From Candidatus Eiseniibacteriota bacterium (lineage in GTDB: Bacteria > Eisenbacteria > RBG-16-71-46 > SZUA-252), in the NCBI GenBank assembly GCA_963703225.1, contig OY969801.1, positions 2,048,001-2,112,000 of the forward strand: a stretch of DNA of 64,000 nucleotides, in the 5' to 3' direction. The notes beneath the pieces are model-generated. The model was not told the origin of the DNA. It saw only the letters and a list, made by a program, of their open reading frames with translations, and made no database searches. This document shows positions 22,183 through 32,177 of this stretch, one piece after another. Position 1 is the first letter of the stretch, and each line of letters starts with the position of its first letter. The translations under genes were made by a program, and so were the position numbers.

Positions 22183-23189
22183 CGGGACGTCACCGTTTCC
22201 GCGAGGACCTGAAGCTCCCTCAAGTAGGGGAGCTTGGGCCGTCCCGGCGCGAATACCGCGAGATCGACGTCGTAGGCCTTGCGGCCGCGCGCCACCTCGT
22301 AGAAGCGGAAGGGACCCGCGGCGCTCACGTCCGAGTCCTCCCACCGGCCGTAGAGCCGGCGTACCGCGCCCGCCATCTCGTCGGGAACCAGCATCGGGTC
22401 TGCGAGCGCGAGGGTCCGCTCGTTGGGGCGGAAGAGCTGGGCGAGCGCGGCGCGGGTCTGGCCGACGTCGCCCCCCGATCGCGACACCTGAATTCGCAGG
22501 AGCCGCGCCGGCGGACCTTCATCGACCACGAGCGCGGCCCGCGCGGGCTCCGAAACCACCACGTCGTAGCCGCGCGGCACGCGGACGCTGAAGCCGATCG
22601 CGCTCTGGAGCCGCCGCTCCGCGCGCTCGTCGCGTGGCAGGGCGAGAACCCGCTCGCGGACCGCGGCGAACGTGGCTCGGTCGAGCTCCAGGTAGAACTG
22701 ATTTTGCGCGCGGGCCATGGAGGCGATCCACTCCTCGCGCGATTTCGCCCAGATGATCCCGGCCACCTGCCCGCGCAGCCAAAGATCGGGAATGAATGCG
22801 TAGGGCTTCCCCTCCCGGTTCCATCGCTCGCCGAGCCTTCGACCCGGAGCGGGAATCCGATCCACCGGGCCGTAACCGACCAGGAGGAGTATCGTCGACC
22901 GGTACGCGCCGGCGTTGTCCGGCCGCACGATCCGGACAAGGTACGAGGCCTCGTTGTCGATGCGGAGCGCTTCGCGCTCCACGATGGCGCGCAACATTAA
23001 GATTTCGGGGGAATTGGGCGGGAGCAGCGTGGCGACGACCAGCTCGCGGCTCGATCCCTCGGCAAAGGGCCGGCCCGTGCAGCCGATACCGCCACCCTCA
23101 AGAGACGCCGCGACGAGCGTGGCCGCGGCGATGCCGCGAACGACGCGAGAACGGCCGTAGATGAACGAGGGGATCCAAGGCCGCCGCAT
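22179..23189 (-). CDS. Putative lipoprotein, DUF4837-like
   Basis: Lipobox-like GIGC; DLWLRGQ, GRW...AGPF and FAPGRPKLPYLRELQV resemble DUF4837 from memory. Confidence 0.55.
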   Translation of the reverse strand: MRRPWIPSFIYGRSRVVRGIAAATLVAASLEGGGIGCTGRPFAEGSSRELVVATLLPPNSPEILMLRAIVEREALRIDNEASYLVRIVRPDNAGAYRSTILLLVGYGPVDRIPAPGRRLGERWNREGKPYAFIPDLWLRGQVAGIIWAKSREEWIASMARAQNQFYLELDRATFAAVRERVLALPRDERAERRLQSAIGFSVRVPRGYDVVVSEPARAALVVDEGPPARLLRIQVSRSGGDVGQTRAALAQLFRPNERTLALADPMLVPDEMAGAVRRLYGRWEDSDVSAAGPFRFYEVARGRKAYDVDLAVFAPGRPKLPYLRELQVLAETVTSR

Positions 23190-23225
23190 GGTGGCGCGCA
23201 GGCTACCACACGGGGCGGAACGGGG

Positions 23226-24464
23226 CTAGCGCTGCGGGGACTCTTCGAGCGTTCGGATCTGATCCTCGAGCCGACGCTTTTCGGACTCGAGGCGATCGAT
23301 CTCCTGCTTCATGCGGGTGACGTCCGCGCCGCGCGACTGTCGCGGCCCCACCGGCGGCTGCGAGAAGGCAGCCCCGACGATGACGCGGACCGGAAAGATC
23401 TCCGATTGTCGGAGCACCGTGACCTCGATCTGATCACCGGGGCGCGCCGCGCGCACGAAGGCGGTCAACTCCTCCGCGGTATGCGCTTCCTGTCCCTGAA
23501 TCGCGAGGATGCGATCCCCCGCACGGAGCCCGGCGGAGTCGGCGGGGCTGTCCACGATCACGCCGGACACCAGGACGCCCAGGGAATCGGAATCGGCCGG
23601 GTTCCCGCGGCGAAGCTGGATCCCGAGAAATCCGTGGCGGACGCTCCCGTAGGTCTGAAGCTCGTTCGCCAGCCACGCCACCTGCTCGACCGGGAGGGCG
23701 ATCAGGACGCTGTTCGGCTCGGGCATCGATTCGCCCCGCTCCAGCCCAACGCTGGCGCCTGGGTCGGAGGCGCCGGGCACGGCCCGCCCCACGACGACCG
23801 CGACCCAGTCCCCTTCCTCATTCAGCACCGCTCCTCCCGTGGAGCCGGGATAGCTGGGGGCGTCGATCTCCAAGATCTCTCCCGAGTGGGCGTAGTCGAT
23901 CCGCTCCCCGCGGCCGACGACCCGCCCCAGCGCGGCCTGCGGCCGCGTGATGGCGACGTTCGAAATCACGGCGACCCAGGAGCCGATCGCGAGCGATTGC
24001 GGCGGCGCCTGATGGAGCGGGCGAAGCGTCGCGCCCTCCACCTGTAAGAGAGCCACATTGGACGAACGATCGGCGCCGATGAGAACCGCCGGGCGCTCCA
24101 CCCCTCCGGCAAAGAGCACGCGGACGCTCCCACCCGGAATGGCGATGGACGAGGTGGTGAGGATCAACTTGTCGGTGAGGGCGACCGCGGTGCCGATGAG
24201 CCGCTTCCGCTTCGCGCCGGCGTGCGCCTGGATATCGGGAGGCGGATAGCCGATGACCGTGAGGATGCTCGCGTGCACCGAGTCGACGACGCCGAGGAGC
24301 GAGCCGTCATCGGTGCGAAGCGGCTTCGGAGAGGGCACGGCCAGCGCCACGGCGGGAATCTGCCCCAAGAGGACCGCGGCAAGCGCCGCGATCCAGCCGC
24401 TTGTGCGCCGCCCGGGACGGCGCCGCGTCGGAGTGGGCTCCCTAGAAGGTGATGAACACGTCAT
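23226..24464 (-). CDS. HtrA/S1C trypsin-like protein with PDZ domain and degenerate catalytic triad (start uncertain)
   Basis: Signal/TM segment; IGADRSSNVALL; IDAPSYPGSTGGAVLN; PDZ GFLGI...SPADSAGLRAGDRI; C-terminal coiled coil. Confidence 0.85.
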   Translation of the reverse strand: MTCSSPSREPTPTRRRPGRRTSGWIAALAAVLLGQIPAVALAVPSPKPLRTDDGSLLGVVDSVHASILTVIGYPPPDIQAHAGAKRKRLIGTAVALTDKLILTTSSIAIPGGSVRVLFAGGVERPAVLIGADRSSNVALLQVEGATLRPLHQAPPQSLAIGSWVAVISNVAITRPQAALGRVVGRGERIDYAHSGEILEIDAPSYPGSTGGAVLNEEGDWVAVVVGRAVPGASDPGASVGLERGESMPEPNSVLIALPVEQVAWLANELQTYGSVRHGFLGIQLRRGNPADSDSLGVLVSGVIVDSPADSAGLRAGDRILAIQGQEAHTAEELTAFVRAARPGDQIEVTVLRQSEIFPVRVIVGAAFSQPPVGPRQSRGADVTRMKQEIDRLESEKRRLEDQIRTLEESPQR

Positions 24465-25224
24465 CGGAGGGGCGGTCCGAGACGGGCGTGATCGTCCGGT
24501 TATTCGATCCCTCGAACCCACGCTCGAGGATGAATTGGTCGGTGATGTACTCATCGTCATAGCGGGAGCCGGGATTCGGAATCGTCGAGTCCTGCCCCGA
24601 CTTCGAGGCGGGCCAGTCGCGATCGGTCCAGGCGTAGTCGGAGGATCGACCCGCGGCGGCGGGCGTCGGCCGGGCCGCCTTGGAATTCTGGGACGGCCGA
24701 GACGCGACCGCTTCAGCGCCCGGCTGCTTCACGGTACCCGAGCCCGCGGCGTTCCCGGGCCGGACTTCCGAGGCCGCTCCGGACGATGCGAGCGCGGGAC
24801 TCGGGGCTCGAAGCGACGTCTTGGGAGCGCTCGCGCCAGCCGCGATCCGAGACAAGTTTGATCCGTGGAGCGTCCCGTTGGGGCCCACGAGCAGGACCGC
24901 GATCCAGATCGCGCACGCCGCAGCGCCCGTCAGGAAGATGGGGCGCAGCCGCGCCGGCTCCATATATCCGCGAAGCCATTCGATCACGCTCGGCCGAAGC
25001 CCTTCGCCCGAGCGGATGCGCGCGAGCAGATCGGCTTCGAAGTGAGGGCTCGTCTCCACCAAGGGCACGCTCTGGAGCAGCTCCAGCGTGGAGCGGAGCT
25101 CGCGGAGAGCGAGCGAGCAGCGTCGGCAGGAGAGCAGATGCGCCTCGAGATTTCGACGCTCGTTCTGGCTCAGGTCGTCCTCGAGGAAAGCGGATAGGAG
25201 CGGTTCGGCGGACCGGCAGTTCAT
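24442..25224 (-). CDS. Zinc-finger (zf-HC2) membrane anti-sigma factor
   Basis: MNC...LSAFLEDDL...HLLSCRRC (HxxxCxxC); one TM; start overlaps the ECF stop. Confidence 0.9.
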   Translation of the reverse strand: MNCRSAEPLLSAFLEDDLSQNERRNLEAHLLSCRRCSLALRELRSTLELLQSVPLVETSPHFEADLLARIRSGEGLRPSVIEWLRGYMEPARLRPIFLTGAAACAIWIAVLLVGPNGTLHGSNLSRIAAGASAPKTSLRAPSPALASSGAASEVRPGNAAGSGTVKQPGAEAVASRPSQNSKAARPTPAAAGRSSDYAWTDRDWPASKSGQDSTIPNPGSRYDDEYITDQFILERGFEGSNNRTITPVSDRPSDDVFITF

Positions 25225-25862
25225 ACGTCCTCCAGGCCAAGGTAGGGCTTGAGCCGTTCCTTCAGCATCAGCCGAGCTCGGTTGATGCGCGAGCGCACCG
25301 TCCCGCCCGGGATGCGAAGGATCTGGCCAACCTCCTCATAACTGAGCCCCTCGACGTCTCGCAGCACCACCGCTTCGCGGTAGCGCGCGGGGATCTTGTG
25401 GAGCGCTTCAGCAACCTTTTGCCCGATCTCGTGGGCATTCAGGTCCTCGTCGGGGAGCGGTTTCGAATCCGGGAAACTAACGCCCTGTCCGCCCGATTCC
25501 TCGTCCATGGCGTCGAGGCTAAACGTGCCGCGATGACGTACGCGGCTTCGAATTTCGTTTTTCGTCAAGTTCACGGCGATCGTGAAGATCCACGTGGAGA
25601 ACTTTCCGCTCTTCCGATACCGCTCGCGGTTGCGGAACACGCGCAGGAAGACTTCCTGGCTGATCTCCTCGGCCCGGTCCCGGTCGTTGATGAACCGACA
25701 GACCAAGTTCATGATCCGCATGCGATAGCGCGAAACAAGCGCGCGAAATGCCGCCTCGGAGCCCATCGCACAGCGCTCCATGACGTCTTCATCGCTCAGC
25801 TCGGCAAGATCGAGCTTATTTAAGCGAAGGGGCTCGATAGGCACGTCGCTCTCCGTGCTCAT
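25221..25862 (-). CDS. ECF sigma factor (RpoE-like)
   Basis: AFRALVSRY, AEEISQEVF, FSTWIFTIA, LRDVEGLSYEEV, GTVRSRINRAR. Confidence 0.94.
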   Translation of the reverse strand: MSTESDVPIEPLRLNKLDLAELSDEDVMERCAMGSEAAFRALVSRYRMRIMNLVCRFINDRDRAEEISQEVFLRVFRNRERYRKSGKFSTWIFTIAVNLTKNEIRSRVRHRGTFSLDAMDEESGGQGVSFPDSKPLPDEDLNAHEIGQKVAEALHKIPARYREAVVLRDVEGLSYEEVGQILRIPGGTVRSRINRARLMLKERLKPYLGLEDV

Positions 25863-25905
25863 GGGTACACCGCTCCCCTCGGGGAGGTTCCTGAATCGCG
25901 TAGGG

Positions 25906-27594
25906 TTAGCGGTTCTGGTAGAGGCTCAGATCGGAATCCGGGACGGGGCGCCCCGATCGGGCCCTCGATTCGGCTTCCCGGGCTTCCGTGTCCAGCCTGA
26001 GGCTTCTGCAAACTCGCGCCAGCGCGCGATTTGCTTGGGTGGCGGTCTCGGGGCATTGGGCCGCGCGAATGAGGGTATCGCGCGCCATCTCCAGTTGCCC
26101 CCGCTTCTGCCTGAGGGTTCCGAGCAGGAGCAACGCCCTGCCGTTCCTGGGGTTGAGCTGAATCGCCCGGTTGAGCGTGCTGGTGGCCTGCAGGGTGTTC
26201 CCCTGGGCCAACTCGGCCGAGGCCAAAAAGTAGAGGCATTCCGATGTCTCCCGGCCCGACTCCCGGAGCCGCTGCCACGCCCATTGCGCCAGGAGGCTGT
26301 CCCCGAGCGAGGTGGCCGCGGAACCAAGCTGCTCGTAGATGGAGGGGCTGGCGAGCCCGCGGTCGGCGCTCTCGCGGATCAGCGCCACGGCCTCCTCTGG
26401 GTGACCCAAAATAGAGTAGCACAGGCTCGCGGCGAGGACCTGGCGGGGGTTGTCGAGCGGCCTCTCGCGCACTTCCTCGATGGTCCGGATTCCGAGTTTT
26501 CGGTCGCCGACGCGGATCTCTAGGTAGGCGACGACCAGCGATTCCTCGCGCGTCATGGCGCGCACCGGCATCATCCGTCGGTAGTTTTCGAGAGCCTTTC
26601 GCTCGTCCCCCAGTCCGAGGTACGCGCGGGCACGGATCGGCACCGCCTGGCTGTCGGCCTTCAGCGGCTTCACCGCTGCGAGCGCCTCGCGGTCTTGCCC
26701 GACGCTCAAGAGCAGCTGCGCGGTGCTCACCCTGAGGTCCCCCGGCTTGATGCCGCGCCCCTCCGACCAGCGGAGCAGCGCCTCGAACTCACGGCCCTTC
26801 CCGTTTCGAACGAGATAGGCGCCGTACCCGGAGATCTCCTCGGGACGTGCCGCCGGGGCCAGCGCGAGCGCGCGGAGCAGCGTCTCCTCCAGAACATGGT
26901 TCCCCATTCGCTGGGCGAGGGCGGCGCCGAGGGATAGCGTCCGCGTGTCGTCAGGTTTTAGCTCCAGGGCCAACTGGAGGGCTGAATACGCTTCCTCCAG
27001 GCGGCCGTCCTCGAGCGCGAGACTGAGAATCCCGGTCGCGATCCACGCGAAATCGGGCAGGAGCACATCGGTACGCTTCAGATCGGCGAGAGCCGCTTCG
27101 TAATTGCGGTCCAGCTCATGCGCCAAGGCCCGGAGCGCGTATAGCTCAGGAGGGGCGCCAAGAATTCGAAGGGGTGGCGATAGAACCTGGGCCGCGAGCG
27201 AAGGCTCCCCGGCCCGGAGCCTCATCCGACCCACCAGCATCGCGGCGTCCGAGTTCAGGCTGTCGACGGCGAGCGCCCGCTCTCCCCAGTCCAGAGCGAT
27301 GACATCCTCACCCGCTTCCTCGTGGAGCAGAGCGATGCGAGAAAGAATGAAGGAGGAACTCGGGTCGATCGCGGCCAGCGATTCCGCCCATGCAATGGCG
27401 CTCTCGCGGTCGCCCGATGCCCAGGCCAGCTCGGACTTCAGCGAAAGCTCGAGCGCGACGGGGGTACGGAGGGAGTAGTAGAGAGGCTGAGCTGCCGCCG
27501 GTGGCGCCGCGAGGAGAAGCCACGGCGCCACAAAAAGGAACGCTCCGAAACGCCCCCATCCTTGGCTTTGTATCAATTTGGTCGTCTCCCCCAA
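25906..27594 (-). CDS. Exported tetratricopeptide repeat protein (start uncertain)
   Basis: Signal-peptide-like FLFVAPWLLLAAPPAAA-Q; many TPR helices. Removing one G from the G-run at 27553-27557 would give an ATG start MGRFGAFL. Confidence 0.78.
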   Translation of the reverse strand: MGETTKLIQSQGWGRFGAFLFVAPWLLLAAPPAAAQPLYYSLRTPVALELSLKSELAWASGDRESAIAWAESLAAIDPSSSFILSRIALLHEEAGEDVIALDWGERALAVDSLNSDAAMLVGRMRLRAGEPSLAAQVLSPPLRILGAPPELYALRALAHELDRNYEAALADLKRTDVLLPDFAWIATGILSLALEDGRLEEAYSALQLALELKPDDTRTLSLGAALAQRMGNHVLEETLLRALALAPAARPEEISGYGAYLVRNGKGREFEALLRWSEGRGIKPGDLRVSTAQLLLSVGQDREALAAVKPLKADSQAVPIRARAYLGLGDERKALENYRRMMPVRAMTREESLVVAYLEIRVGDRKLGIRTIEEVRERPLDNPRQVLAASLCYSILGHPEEAVALIRESADRGLASPSIYEQLGSAATSLGDSLLAQWAWQRLRESGRETSECLYFLASAELAQGNTLQATSTLNRAIQLNPRNGRALLLLGTLRQKRGQLEMARDTLIRAAQCPETATQANRALARVCRSLRLDTEAREAESRARSGRPVPDSDLSLYQNR

Positions 27595-27605
27595 GAGGGA
27601 TTAAA

Positions 27606-27626
27606 GTAGGTCCCACTTGGACCTAC
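27606..27626 (-). terminator. Hairpin with short U-tract downstream of rnc
   Basis: Minus strand GTAGGTCC-AAGTG-GGACCTAC then TTTAAT. Confidence 0.5.
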
Positions 27627-27652
27627 CTCCCCTCTCCCGAGACGACGCTATA

Positions 27653-27681
27653 ATTTTAGCAGGCTAAGGCTCTGTGTGCAA
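27653..27681 (-). promoter_or_regulatory. Putative sigma70 promoter of the TPR-ECF unit
   Basis: TTGCAC-N17-TAAAAT with an extended TG. Confidence 0.65.
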
Positions 27682-28812
27682 GCGCGATGCGGCCCACGGG
27701 GACGAATCCGTGTCCCCCTTCGCCCCCCCTTCGGGCCTCGTCGCCTCGCCACTCTCCCCTCCAATCCCATGCGGCTCTTGATTCTGCCTGCCTTGGGTAT
27801 CCTCCGTCGGGCGTGGGTATTCCCTGCGGTCCTGTCGGTCCCGCGGCTCCCGCCTGTCCCGACCATCGCGCCCACCCCGACCCTCTCTGCCTTCTCGCGG
27901 GGCGCGCGGGGCTCCTCCCCCCTCGACCCTTGGCTCCTCTCCCCTGCCGCTCCCTCCGCGCGATTTGCGTCCGCGACCTCCCCGGCGGTTCCGTCGGCGT
28001 TGGCCGCCTCCACCACCGGCACCGCCGCCGCCGCCCGATCGCTCGGAGCGGACCAGCTTCTCAAAGTGGAGCAGAGCGTCGCGGGCTGCCTCCTGTTCCG
28101 CTTCCTTCTTGTTGCTGCCGTGACCGCGCCCGAGTGTCCGGCCGTTCACGACGACATCGACCGCGAAGAGCTTGTGGTGGTCCGGGCCGTTTTCGCTCGA
28201 GATCCGATACTGGGGATGGGTCTTGAACTCACCCTGGACGTATTCCTGAAGCATGCTCTTGTAATTCGCCAGGTTCGCGTCGCTCAGGATCTCGTGCACT
28301 TCCTTCAGGAGGAGGCGCTCCGTGATCTGCCGCGCCGGCTCGAGTCCACCGTCCAGATAGACCGCCCCGATGATCCCTTCGAGCGTGTCGGCGAGAATCG
28401 ACGCGCGGTTTCGCCCGCCCGACTCGTTTTCCGCGTCGCTCAAGAGAACGTACTGGCCGAGGCCCATCGAGTTCGCGGTGCGCGACAGAATGACGCGGCT
28501 GACCAGCAAGGACTTCATCTTGGTCAGCTCGCCTTCGCGCAGCTTGGGGAATTTGTTGTAGAGGAATTCGTTGACCGCGAGCCCCACGACGGAGTCCCCA
28601 AGGAACTCCATCCGCTCGTTCGATTCCCCGCTCCGGCCCTGGCTGGCGTGGAGATAGGAGCGGTGGGTCATGGCCGTGCGGGCCAAATCGGGATTGCGGA
28701 ACTGATACTTGAGAATTCGTTCGAGACCTTTGAGATCGAGTTCCCGGTCGCGTCCCTTGGGTACGGGGATCGCGGGCCGGTCCAGACCGAACAGCTTTCT
28801 GAGAAATTTCAC
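27664..28812 (-). CDS. rnc: Ribonuclease III with long low-complexity C-terminal extension
   Basis: THRS, NERMEFLGDSV, ADTLEGIIGAVYLDGG; dsRBD NYKSMLQE...GPDH...KKEAEQEAA. Confidence 0.95.
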   Translation of the reverse strand: MKFLRKLFGLDRPAIPVPKGRDRELDLKGLERILKYQFRNPDLARTAMTHRSYLHASQGRSGESNERMEFLGDSVVGLAVNEFLYNKFPKLREGELTKMKSLLVSRVILSRTANSMGLGQYVLLSDAENESGGRNRASILADTLEGIIGAVYLDGGLEPARQITERLLLKEVHEILSDANLANYKSMLQEYVQGEFKTHPQYRISSENGPDHHKLFAVDVVVNGRTLGRGHGSNKKEAEQEAARDALLHFEKLVRSERSGGGGGAGGGGGQRRRNRRGGRGRKSRGGSGRGEEPRVEGGGAPRAPREGREGRGGRDGRDRREPRDRQDRREYPRPTEDTQGRQNQEPHGIGGESGEATRPEGGAKGDTDSSPWAASRLHTEP

Positions 28813-28839
28813 AATGTGCGGATCCCTCGAGGGATCCTC

Positions 28840-30099
28840 CTACGCCACATACCTCGAAAACGCCAGGGTGACGTTGTGCCCACCAAAGCCCAGGGAATTG
28901 GACAGGGCTGCCTGCAGTTCGACCGAGCGTGCAGTGTTGGGGACGTAGTCGAGGTCACAGTCGGGATCGGGGTGCTCGTAGTTTACCGTCGGGGGCAATT
29001 TCTGCCGCTCGAGGGCCAGGACGCAGATGATCGTCTCGAGCCCTCCGGCCGCGCCGAGGAGATGCCCGGTCATCGACTTGGTCGAGCTGACCGGGAGCTT
29101 CTTCGCGTGCTCCCCGAAGACCGACTTGATGGCTTGTGTTTCGTACTTGTCGTTGAGCGGCGTGGAGGTGCCGTGGGCGTTCAGATATCCGTACGACTCG
29201 GGGCTAAGCCCCGAATCCCGGATCGCCGCCCGCATGGCGCGCGCCGCACCCTCACCCTCGGGGGCCGGCGCCGTCATGTGATGAGCATCTCCCGTCGCGC
29301 CATAACCGACGATCTCCGCGAGGATCTTCACGCCTCGCTTCTTCGCGTGCTCGAGCTCTTCGAGCACCACGACCCCCGCGCCCTCACCCATCACGAATCC
29401 GTCTCGCTGGGCGTCAAAGGGGCGCGAGGCCTTCTGGGGATCGTCGTTGCGAGTGGACATCGCCTTCATGGAGCAAAATCCAGCAAAGGATACCGGGGTC
29501 ACGGGCGCCTCCGCACCGCCCGAGATCATGACGTCCGCCTCGTTGCATTGGATGATCCGGTACGCGTCCCCCACGGCGTGGGCGCCCGACGAGCAGGCGG
29601 AGACCGTGGCGTAGTTGGGGCCCTTGGCGCCAAACTGGATCGACACCTGACCCGAGGCCATGTCCGAGATCATCATCGGAATGAAGAAGGGGCTTACGCG
29701 CGACGGACCCTTTTCGAGGAGAACGCGGTGCTGGTCCTCGAAGGTCGCGATGCCGCCGATTCCCGAGCCGACGATCACGCCGTAGCGGTTGGGATCGATG
29801 GTCTCCGGCGAGGCGCCCGCCTGCCGAACGGCCTGGGCGGTCGCGCCGATCGCGTACTGAACGAACAGATCGGCCCGCCGGATCTCCTTCCGGTCCATGA
29901 CGTCCTCGGCCCGAAATTCGCGTACTTCACCCGCGAACCGCGTGTCGTACTTGGACGTGTCGAACCGGGTGACCGGGCCGATTCCCGACTCACCGGCGAT
30001 CAGCCGCTTCCAAAACGTCTCGACCTCCGATCCCAGGGGCGAGACGACCCCCAGGCCCGTGATCACGACGCGGCGCGGCTGTCCATTCATTCGCAACAT
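28840..30099 (-). CDS. fabF: 3-oxoacyl-ACP synthase II
   Basis: [47 protein letters not shown]. Confidence 0.97.
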   Translation of the reverse strand: MLRMNGQPRRVVITGLGVVSPLGSEVETFWKRLIAGESGIGPVTRFDTSKYDTRFAGEVREFRAEDVMDRKEIRRADLFVQYAIGATAQAVRQAGASPETIDPNRYGVIVGSGIGGIATFEDQHRVLLEKGPSRVSPFFIPMMISDMASGQVSIQFGAKGPNYATVSACSSGAHAVGDAYRIIQCNEADVMISGGAEAPVTPVSFAGFCSMKAMSTRNDDPQKASRPFDAQRDGFVMGEGAGVVVLEELEHAKKRGVKILAEIVGYGATGDAHHMTAPAPEGEGAARAMRAAIRDSGLSPESYGYLNAHGTSTPLNDKYETQAIKSVFGEHAKKLPVSSTKSMTGHLLGAAGGLETIICVLALERQKLPPTVNYEHPDPDCDLDYVPNTARSVELQAALSNSLGFGGHNVTLAFSRYVA

Positions 30100-30178
30100 C
30101 AGGCTTCTTCGACTCCGTTTCCGAGTGCTGGGTTTTGATCCTTCACACCGGCCCGTGGGTCGGGCCGGCGGTGCCGAA

Positions 30179-30427
<249 letters not shown>

Positions 30428-30486
30428 TCCTTGATTCACCTCCTTCTTTAGATTCATCCCACGTCACAGCGACTCACCGCCACCTG

Positions 30487-31233
30487 CTACATCACCATAC
30501 CGCCGTCAACCGTCAGCACCTGGCCGGTCACGTACCCGGCCTCCTCGCTGCAGAGGAATGCCACCGCGTGCGCGACATCCTCAGGGGTTCCCAGGCGGCC
30601 CAATGGAATCTGCGCGAGAAGCCCTTCGCGCACCTTCTCGGTCAGCGCTCCGGTCATCGCGGTTTCGATGAACCCGGGAGCGACCGCGTTCACCGTAATA
30701 TGGCGCGACGCCAGTTCCTTCGCAACCGCCTTCGTGAGACCCAGTAAGCCCGCCTTGGACGCGGCGTAATTGGCCTGCCCGGCATTCCCGATCAGGCCGA
30801 TCACCGAACTCACGTTCACGATCCGCCCCCAGCGCTGCCGCACCATCGGCCGCGCGAAAGCGCGGATGCAGTGAAAGGCGCCCTTGAGATTGGTGTCGAG
30901 GACTTGGTCCCAATCCTTGTCGCTCATTCGCAGCAGAAGGCCATCCTTGGTGACCCCGGCGTTGTTCACCAAGATTTCCGCCTTGCCGAACGCCTGGAGC
31001 GCCTTTTCGCAGAGCGCGTCCGCGTCGGCTTCCACGGCCACGTCGGCCTTGGCCGCGACCGCCTCGCCCCCCTGTTCCTTGACCTCCGCGCAAGCCTCTT
31101 CCAGCGCCGATTCGTCTCTCCCCGAGAGAACCAACTTGGCCCCGCCCGCGGCCAAAGTCCGCGTCACGGCCCGGCCGATTCCCTTGGCGCCGCCGGTGAC
31201 GATCGCCACCCGCCCTTCGAAGGGCCGCTTCAT
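30487..31233 (-). CDS. fabG: 3-oxoacyl-ACP reductase
   Basis: TGGAKGIG, NNAG, GQANYAASK, VAPGFIET. Confidence 0.96.
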   Translation of the reverse strand: MKRPFEGRVAIVTGGAKGIGRAVTRTLAAGGAKLVLSGRDESALEEACAEVKEQGGEAVAAKADVAVEADADALCEKALQAFGKAEILVNNAGVTKDGLLLRMSDKDWDQVLDTNLKGAFHCIRAFARPMVRQRWGRIVNVSSVIGLIGNAGQANYAASKAGLLGLTKAVAKELASRHITVNAVAPGFIETAMTGALTEKVREGLLAQIPLGRLGTPEDVAHAVAFLCSEEAGYVTGQVLTVDGGMVM

Positions 31234-32177
31234 CTCGCGGGCGCTCCGGAGACTCCCGTCGCGGCCGCCTCGAGCGCCTCGGGATCCTCGCTGCCGTAGA
31301 GCCCGGCCTCCTTGTCCACCCCGCGCACGAGGCCGCGGAGCACGCGTCCGTTTCCGACCTCGACGTAGTGCCGGATCCCGGCCGCCTGCATCGCGCGGAT
31401 CGTCTGCTCCCAGAGGACCGGTGAGAGGAGCTGCCTTCTCAGCGTGTCTCGGATCTCCTCCGGCTCGCTCACCGGTTTGGCGGAGACGTTCGCGTAGACC
31501 GGAAAGGAAGCCCGCGAAATCCGCGCGCGTCCGATCGCCTCGTCCAACCCGCGCGAGGCCGCCTCCATGAGCGGCGAATGAAACGCCGCGCTCACCTGGA
31601 GCGGGACCACCTTCTTCGCGCCCGCGCGCTTCGCCTCTTCGCCCGCCAGGGCGACCGCCTCCGGGGTCCCGGAGAGAACCACTTGGCCCGGGGAATTGAA
31701 ATTCGCCGCGGCAAGATCCCGCGGGGCGTTGACCCGTCGCAGCAAATCCTCGATTTGCTCGATCGAAAGTCCGAGCACCGCCGTCATCGTGCCCGGCCGC
31801 TCCGCGCCCGCCCCCGCCATCGCTTCGCCGCGGCGGCGGATCAGGCGAAGGCCCTCTTCGAACGAGAGCGAGCCCGCCGCGACGTGAGCGGCGTATTCGC
31901 CCGCGCTGTGTCCCGCCGCGGCCGCCGGCCGAAGACCCCTCCTCTCGAGCACGCGGAACGCGGCGATGCTCGTGACGAGGAGCGCGGGTTGCGTGTTCTC
32001 CGTCTGGGTCAGCTCCTCCGCCGGCCCCTCGAAGCACAGCGCCGAGAGCGCGAAGCCGAGGACCGAGTCTCCTTCCTGGAACACCGCCCGAGCCTCCGGA
32101 TAGCGCTCGCTGAGCGCCCGCCCCATGCCCACGCTCTGGGAGCCCTGCCCCGGAAAAAGACAGGCGGCGCCTACCAC
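31230..32177 (-). CDS. fabD: Malonyl-CoA:ACP transacylase
   Basis: FPGQGSQ, TQPAL, GHSAGE, VSAAFHSPLM. Confidence 0.96.
   Translation of the reverse strand: MVGAACLFPGQGSQSVGMGRALSERYPEARAVFQEGDSVLGFALSALCFEGPAEELTQTENTQPALLVTSIAAFRVLERRGLRPAAAAGHSAGEYAAHVAAGSLSFEEGLRLIRRRGEAMAGAGAERPGTMTAVLGLSIEQIEDLLRRVNAPRDLAAANFNSPGQVVLSGTPEAVALAGEEAKRAGAKKVVPLQVSAAFHSPLMEAASRGLDEAIGRARISRASFPVYANVSAKPVSEPEEIRDTLRRQLLSPVLWEQTIRAMQAAGIRHYVEVGNGRVLRGLVRGVDKEAGLYGSEDPEALEAAATGVSGAPAR

Noticed and set aside
30146..30174. GC hairpin between acpP and fabF
   Set aside because: No U-tract; an ordinary stabilising or partial-termination stem at a common position.
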